34,888 nucleotides of DNA, from the sequence record SRR16203515_4226. The stretch is one strand, 5' to 3'. This document shows positions 30,740 through 34,888 of this stretch, piece after piece (position 1 is the first letter of the stretch; each line of letters opens with the position of its first letter). Position numbers and translations under genes: made by a program. The notes below the pieces were generated by a model. The model ran no database searches, was not told where the DNA came from, and was given only the letters and a program-made list of their open reading frames with translations.

Positions 30740-31450
30740 TTACCCTCTGCGGTAGCGCTTAAGCAGTATTTGCACCCGCTCCACATAGGCGCGGGTTTCT
30801 GAGTAAGGCGGTACGCCATTATACTGCTCAACCCTTGATGCTCCTGCGTTATAAGCCGCACACGCCAAAGTAATATCACCATCAAAACGTTTTAGAAGCT
30901 GAGCAAGATAACGGCTTCCAGCCGCGATATTTTCTTGCGGATGGAATGCATCAACCACGCCTAACTCTTTTGCTGTTGCAGGCATTAACTGCATCAAGCC
31001 TTGTGCGCCAGTTTTTGATACCGCCGCAGGCTTAAAGGCCGATTCAGCATGGATCACCGCTCGAATAAGTGCCGGCTCTAACTGGTAAGCATGAGCTGCT
31101 GCGGCAATTTGTTGCTTATATAGCGAGGTGAATAACGGGATGGATTGCCAGTTAATATTTGATTCTGGTTGGCAGGCGTAACAGTCAAAGAGTAACACTT
31201 GGTAATGCCCTTGCTGCGGTGCATAGTCGCTGAATACTAAGTTGCCGTCTTCACTGCGATAGTGATAAACCTTTTCTCCCTGCTCAGTTTTAGCCACGTC
31301 AGAATTCATTGAGATAGGCTCCGAGTTGACGACTGAGCGAGCTAATGCACTTTTATTCGCAGGCTTAGCAACAAAGTGTGGCTTAGTGTTTTCTGCCGCC
31401 ACGTTAGCCGACAATACCGCAAGAATGAGTCCCAGCCATCGAGCCATCAT
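30740..31450 (-). CDS. Slt-family lytic transglycosylase with a small N-terminal DUF4124-like domain
   Basis: Signal peptide; VIHAESAF, GAQGLMQLMP, AYNAG and ETRAYV; VYHYRSEDGNLVFSD followed by CxxC. Confidence 0.92.
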   Translation of the reverse strand: MMARWLGLILAVLSANVAAENTKPHFVAKPANKSALARSVVNSEPISMNSDVAKTEQGEKVYHYRSEDGNLVFSDYAPQQGHYQVLLFDCYACQPESNINWQSIPLFTSLYKQQIAAAAHAYQLEPALIRAVIHAESAFKPAAVSKTGAQGLMQLMPATAKELGVVDAFHPQENIAAGSRYLAQLLKRFDGDITLACAAYNAGASRVEQYNGVPPYSETRAYVERVQILLKRYRRG

Positions 31451-32469
31451 AACCCTGTCGATTGCTCAAGTTGTAACACATCAACAATAGCGAAAAGCTG
31501 CTTCATTTCTTTGTTGATCTGACTAAACTCATATTCAAAGGTCGCAGGCTTAAATATCGATGCCATCTCAAAGCGATCTTGTTTACTACCGAGCATGATC
31601 AGCAATTTATTACGGTAAAAGGCACACTGGATCTTATTACCAAAACTGGCAGACAAGGCCTGTAAACGCTCCATAAAGCTCACGGTTAACAGATAACGAG
31701 CCTCAATTTGGTTAGTGGAAAATACATCGAATTGCTTTTCAAAAATCGGATCTTCTAGCTTTACTCGATCTAAGCTTTTAAACGAATCAGACAGGAAATT
31801 AACTAAGCCGCCTCGGGTTTTAACTACCACAGTATGACCTCGAAATTCTTTATGACTACTGAGCTCTATCATGACACCTTTAAATACACTCACCGTATCA
31901 GTCGATTTATCGCGCCTAACTTGCTTGGTCAAATGCAGTTCATTTAAGGCGATTTCTACCCCGTTATATGTGCCCTGCACATAATCAGAGAAGTTGGCAT
32001 CTTCGTAGTAAGGTAAGAGCTTCGATGCCTTTAACACCGACAAACTCATTTTATGGTCGGCGCTGAATATAAAGTCCTGACCGAAATATTTAAAAATAAG
32101 CGGATAGATTTTCTGTTTTACATCATTTTTATAATGTTTAATCGGGTTATACAGCCACCACAAAAAAGGCAAAGCCAGAACAACAAGGCCTGTTAGGTAG
32201 ACCATTAACGGCTCAGATAAGTGCATATATGGCAAAAACATAAAGGCCAATACCGCGAGCGCAACATAGATAATACTGCAAAGATATAAACGCTTGCGGC
32301 AAGCTTTTAAACTGGCCACTCGGGCGTTTTCAAATTTACTGGTTAGTGGCTCTAGGTGCTGTCGATAATATTGAGTAAAAGCTTCTATCTCAGCAGAACT
32401 GGCGACAAGATTATTAGTTTGGCGCACAGCTTTTATCGGTGCACCAAACAGAAAACTAAAAATATTCAT
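31447..32469 (-). CDS. DUF3137-like membrane protein
   Basis: Two N-terminal TM segments; VKLEDPIFEKQFDVFSTNQIEARYLLT..FMERL motif; directly downstream of lemA. Confidence 0.8.
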   Translation of the reverse strand: MNIFSFLFGAPIKAVRQTNNLVASSAEIEAFTQYYRQHLEPLTSKFENARVASLKACRKRLYLCSIIYVALAVLAFMFLPYMHLSEPLMVYLTGLVVLALPFLWWLYNPIKHYKNDVKQKIYPLIFKYFGQDFIFSADHKMSLSVLKASKLLPYYEDANFSDYVQGTYNGVEIALNELHLTKQVRRDKSTDTVSVFKGVMIELSSHKEFRGHTVVVKTRGGLVNFLSDSFKSLDRVKLEDPIFEKQFDVFSTNQIEARYLLTVSFMERLQALSASFGNKIQCAFYRNKLLIMLGSKQDRFEMASIFKPATFEYEFSQINKEMKQLFAIVDVLQLEQSTGL

Positions 32470-32520
32470 AATACTAGTTTTCTTGTCTCCTTTACCTCTA
32501 TACGCAGCAGCAAAGTTACG

Positions 32521-33090
32521 CTATTTCAAGAAGTCGGCGGCATCTACTGGGGCTTTAGCGGCCTCGTCAGCTTCATAAAATGGCATCACCTTAACCTTGG
32601 CCATTGAGGCGATAATCGAACCAGGAAAGATCTCAACCGCGGTATTGAGTTCAGACACGGCCGAATTATAAAAACGACGTGCGGCAGAGAGTTGCGCCTC
32701 AACTTCATTATAAGTTTGCATTGCCTGCAGCATGGTGTTGTCTGATTTAAGCTCAGGGTAGTTTTCAACACTGACCATTAACTGTGACATTTTTTGATTT
32801 AGTTTTTCAGAAATCTGCAGATGCTGCTTAACGGACTCGGGATCGACATCGTTGTAGCCTTTAGTCGCTAACGTTCTAAGCTCGGTAATTTCAGTCAGTA
32901 AGGATTTTTCATGATCCATGTATTTTTGGGCGATCTTGAGAATGTTTGGTACAAGATTCGAGCGCTTTTTAAGTTGAACATCAATACCAGACAAGGCTTC
33001 ACGACCAGTATTACGCTTTTTAATTAAGCTCACATACCAAAGGTAGCCAATAATAACCACTAGGCCTAACCCTAATAATATCCCTTCCAT
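32521..33090 (-). CDS. lemA: LemA family protein
   Basis: N-terminal TM; IDVQLKKR..LVPN, ENYPELKS and ARRFYN..V..LN....FP. Confidence 0.93.
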   Translation of the reverse strand: MEGILLGLGLVVIIGYLWYVSLIKKRNTGREALSGIDVQLKKRSNLVPNILKIAQKYMDHEKSLLTEITELRTLATKGYNDVDPESVKQHLQISEKLNQKMSQLMVSVENYPELKSDNTMLQAMQTYNEVEAQLSAARRFYNSAVSELNTAVEIFPGSIIASMAKVKVMPFYEADEAAKAPVDAADFLK

Positions 33091-33661
33091 TTGTACTTCC
33101 TATTATTCTTTTTAATGGCAACTGACTCACCTTAACCGCTGTAATTGGGCTAAAACGGCAAAACCAGTTTCATTGTTATTGCCATACTGTTACTTATTTG
33201 AGTAACTAAATCCAGCTTATGTAAAGATTTATCCATTCTTTAAAAGCGTTACTTTTTAAGCACACATGCAAAAAACTCTCGCCATCTACCCTATAAGCTT
33301 ATGTTTAAATGAACATTAATGGCTGACTTAGCTCATTTTTATATTTAAATAAGCAAAATTAGCCAGCCATGCGTAAAATTTAACTTACAAATAATGTAAC
33401 CAATTGAAAAGTTATAAATATATAACAAATATAATCAGCGTTTTTTTGAGCAACTTATTTCTCATTTGGGCTAATCCCGACTGTTTATCGAGTTAAAATT
33501 TAAATTTAACTCCACTTTTATTTAACTTTGCTCTTACTTGGCTATTTATCATGGTTTATCTACAAGCATTAGACAAAATCAGCCATATAAAACAAACATC
33601 AGCAGTTATAAGCATCATAAATCTATTCAGCAACAGTACAGCTTGCCCTAGTTATAGTTAT

Positions 33662-33727
33662 ACCACTCCTAACGGACAACTTATCCATTTATCCCCTTCG
33701 GACTCATTCATATGAGTCCTTTTTTTT
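33662..33727 (+). ncRNA. Candidate small regulatory RNA, copy 1 of a tandem pair
   Basis: TATAGT -10-like hexamer at 33653-33658, then CCACTCCTAACGGA, then a GGACTCAT/ATGAGTCC hairpin with T8. No ORF. The 5' end is inferred. Confidence 0.6.
33700..33727 (+). terminator. Intrinsic terminator (orphan, copy 1)
   Basis: GGACTCAT-tcat-ATGAGTCC-TTTTTTTT with no plus-strand gene upstream. Confidence 0.85.
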
Positions 33728-33862
33728 GCCTGTAATTTAATTTTCCCTATATATATAAGCACTTTGAAATATTCATCCATCTACAAAACACGGGACAACT
33801 TTTATCCGTATAAAGTCGGACAATCATTCAGCCTAGATACAGCTAGCACTAGTTATAGTAAT

Positions 33863-33927
33863 TCCACTCCCAACGGAAATTGTTAATCAATCCCTTTTAG
33901 ACTCATCCTATATGAGTCTTTTTTTTT
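33863..33927 (+). ncRNA. Candidate small regulatory RNA, copy 2 of a tandem pair
   Basis: TATAGT at 33854-33859, then CCACTCCCAACGGA, then an AGACTCAT/ATGAGTCT hairpin with a T-tract. The 5' end is inferred. Confidence 0.6.
33899..33927 (+). terminator. Intrinsic terminator (orphan, copy 2)
   Basis: AGACTCAT-cctat-ATGAGTCT-TTTTTTTT. Confidence 0.85.
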
Positions 33928-34151
33928 GCCTCTAAATCTAGCCTGAATAATCTCATTACCCAGTTAAAAACCGCACTACAGCTCGATTTCTATGTTTTTG
34001 TTATCTCTGCTAAATCGTTCGATTTAAGGTTTAATTAATTTTATTTATCCATCATGACACATAGGCTTAACAATAAATGCTCATTAGTAGCTACTCAGGC
34101 CACACATCAGTAGAATAATAAAAATAATAATTAATATTGAAGGAAGACCTT

Positions 34152-34888
34152 ATGAGCTCCAATAACGGCGATAGCTTACCTTTGCCTGGTGACGTCCCCT
34201 CTGACCCCAACAATCAACCGAGTGGTTGGTTTGTCCGCTTCCTTAACGTAGTTGAACGCCTAGGTAACTTACTGCCTCACCCTATTACGCTGTTCGCACT
34301 ATTTTGCGCCGCAGTTGTGGTTATTAGTGGTATTGCCGGTTACTTTGAATTAACCGTTGTTGACCCTCGCCCAGAGGGTGCATCTGGGCGTAGCGCCGAT
34401 GGTCTTATCCACGTTGTTAGCTTAATGAACGCCGAAGGTTTGCGGATGATAGTCTCCAACTTGGTGACTAACTTTACCGGCTTTACCCCTCTAGGCACCG
34501 TGCTTGTAGCCTTATTGGGTGTAGGTATTGCCGACCGTTCGGGCCTATTATCTGCCGCGATGCGTCTACTGGTTATGGGTGCATCTAAGCGCTTAGTTAC
34601 ACTCACCTTAGTCTTTGCTGGTATCGTTTCAAACACCGCATCAGAGCTAGGCTATGTGGTGTTAATTCCGATGGCTGCTATGATTTTCCACTCGTTAGGA
34701 CGTCATCCTCTAGCCGGTCTTGCGGCAGCATTTGCCGGTGTATCTGGCGGTTACAGTGCGAATTTATTACTTGGCACTGTTGATCCTCTGCTTTCAGGGA
34801 TCACCGAAGCTGCAGCGCAAATGATCGATCCTGACTACCTAGTGGGCCCAGAAGTAAACTGGTACTTCATGTTTGTTTCTACTTTCTT
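34152..34888 (+). CDS. abgT: AbgT-family transporter (5' part; runs off window end)
   Basis: Not in the ORF track. SD GAAGGA and ATG 34152. Translation includes FLNVVERLGNLLPHPITLF, NFTGFTPLGTVLVALLGVGIA, GRHPLAGLAAAFAGVSGGYSANL and NWYFM. Confidence 0.93.
   Translation, partial: MSSNNGDSLPLPGDVPSDPNNQPSGWFVRFLNVVERLGNLLPHPITLFALFCAAVVVISGIAGYFELTVVDPRPEGASGRSADGLIHVVSLMNAEGLRMIVSNLVTNFTGFTPLGTVLVALLGVGIADRSGLLSAAMRLLVMGASKRLVTLTLVFAGIVSNTASELGYVVLIPMAAMIFHSLGRHPLAGLAAAFAGVSGGYSANLLLGTVDPLLSGITEAAAQMIDPDYLVGPEVNWYFMFVSTF

Noticed and set aside
33319-33370. Imperfect inverted repeat ATGGCTGACT...AGCCAGCCAT
   Set aside because: Short, mismatched and in very AT-rich DNA; cannot be distinguished from chance.
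33625-33936. CRISPR array, CsrB-type RNA or type I toxin locus as the explanation for the tandem units
   Set aside because: Only two long imperfect units and no cas genes; too few GGA motifs for a CsrB-type RNA; no small hydrophobic ORF with an SD seen.
34340-34636. 98-aa minus-strand ORF at the window end
   Set aside because: Antisense shadow of the plus-strand abgT gene, which the track missed because it has no stop codon within the window.

Overview
Chromosomal window from a gammaproteobacterium, most likely Shewanella, judged from the OmcA/MtrC-type cytochrome and the nfuA-comF-bioH-tex-greB-ompR-envZ gene order. The backbone genes are nfuA (partial), an M14 peptidase, comF, bioH, tex, greB, ompR/envZ, an MCP, a peroxiredoxin, mgtE, rsmJ, rlmJ, an M28 peptidase, a LysR/MATE pair, lemA-DUF3137-lytic transglycosylase and an AbgT transporter (partial). 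Four accessory or unexplained parts stand out. (1) Two tandem sibling sRNA-like units lie in the 1-kb lemA-abgT intergenic region, each with a shared promoter-like block, a conserved 5' anti-Shine-Dalgarno-like seed and its own intrinsic terminator. (2) A stand-alone 11-CXXCH outer-membrane cytochrome lipoprotein is paired with a ToxR/CadC-like membrane-anchored regulator between rsmJ and rlmJ. (3) A toxin-less cluster of probable polymorphic-toxin immunity genes follows rsmJ. (4) A sulfatase cassette is followed by a LysR remnant. A CTAG-rich structured intergenic repeat lies after rlmJ. No rRNA, tRNA, CRISPR array or transposase was seen. All family calls come from motif recognition by eye, not database searches.
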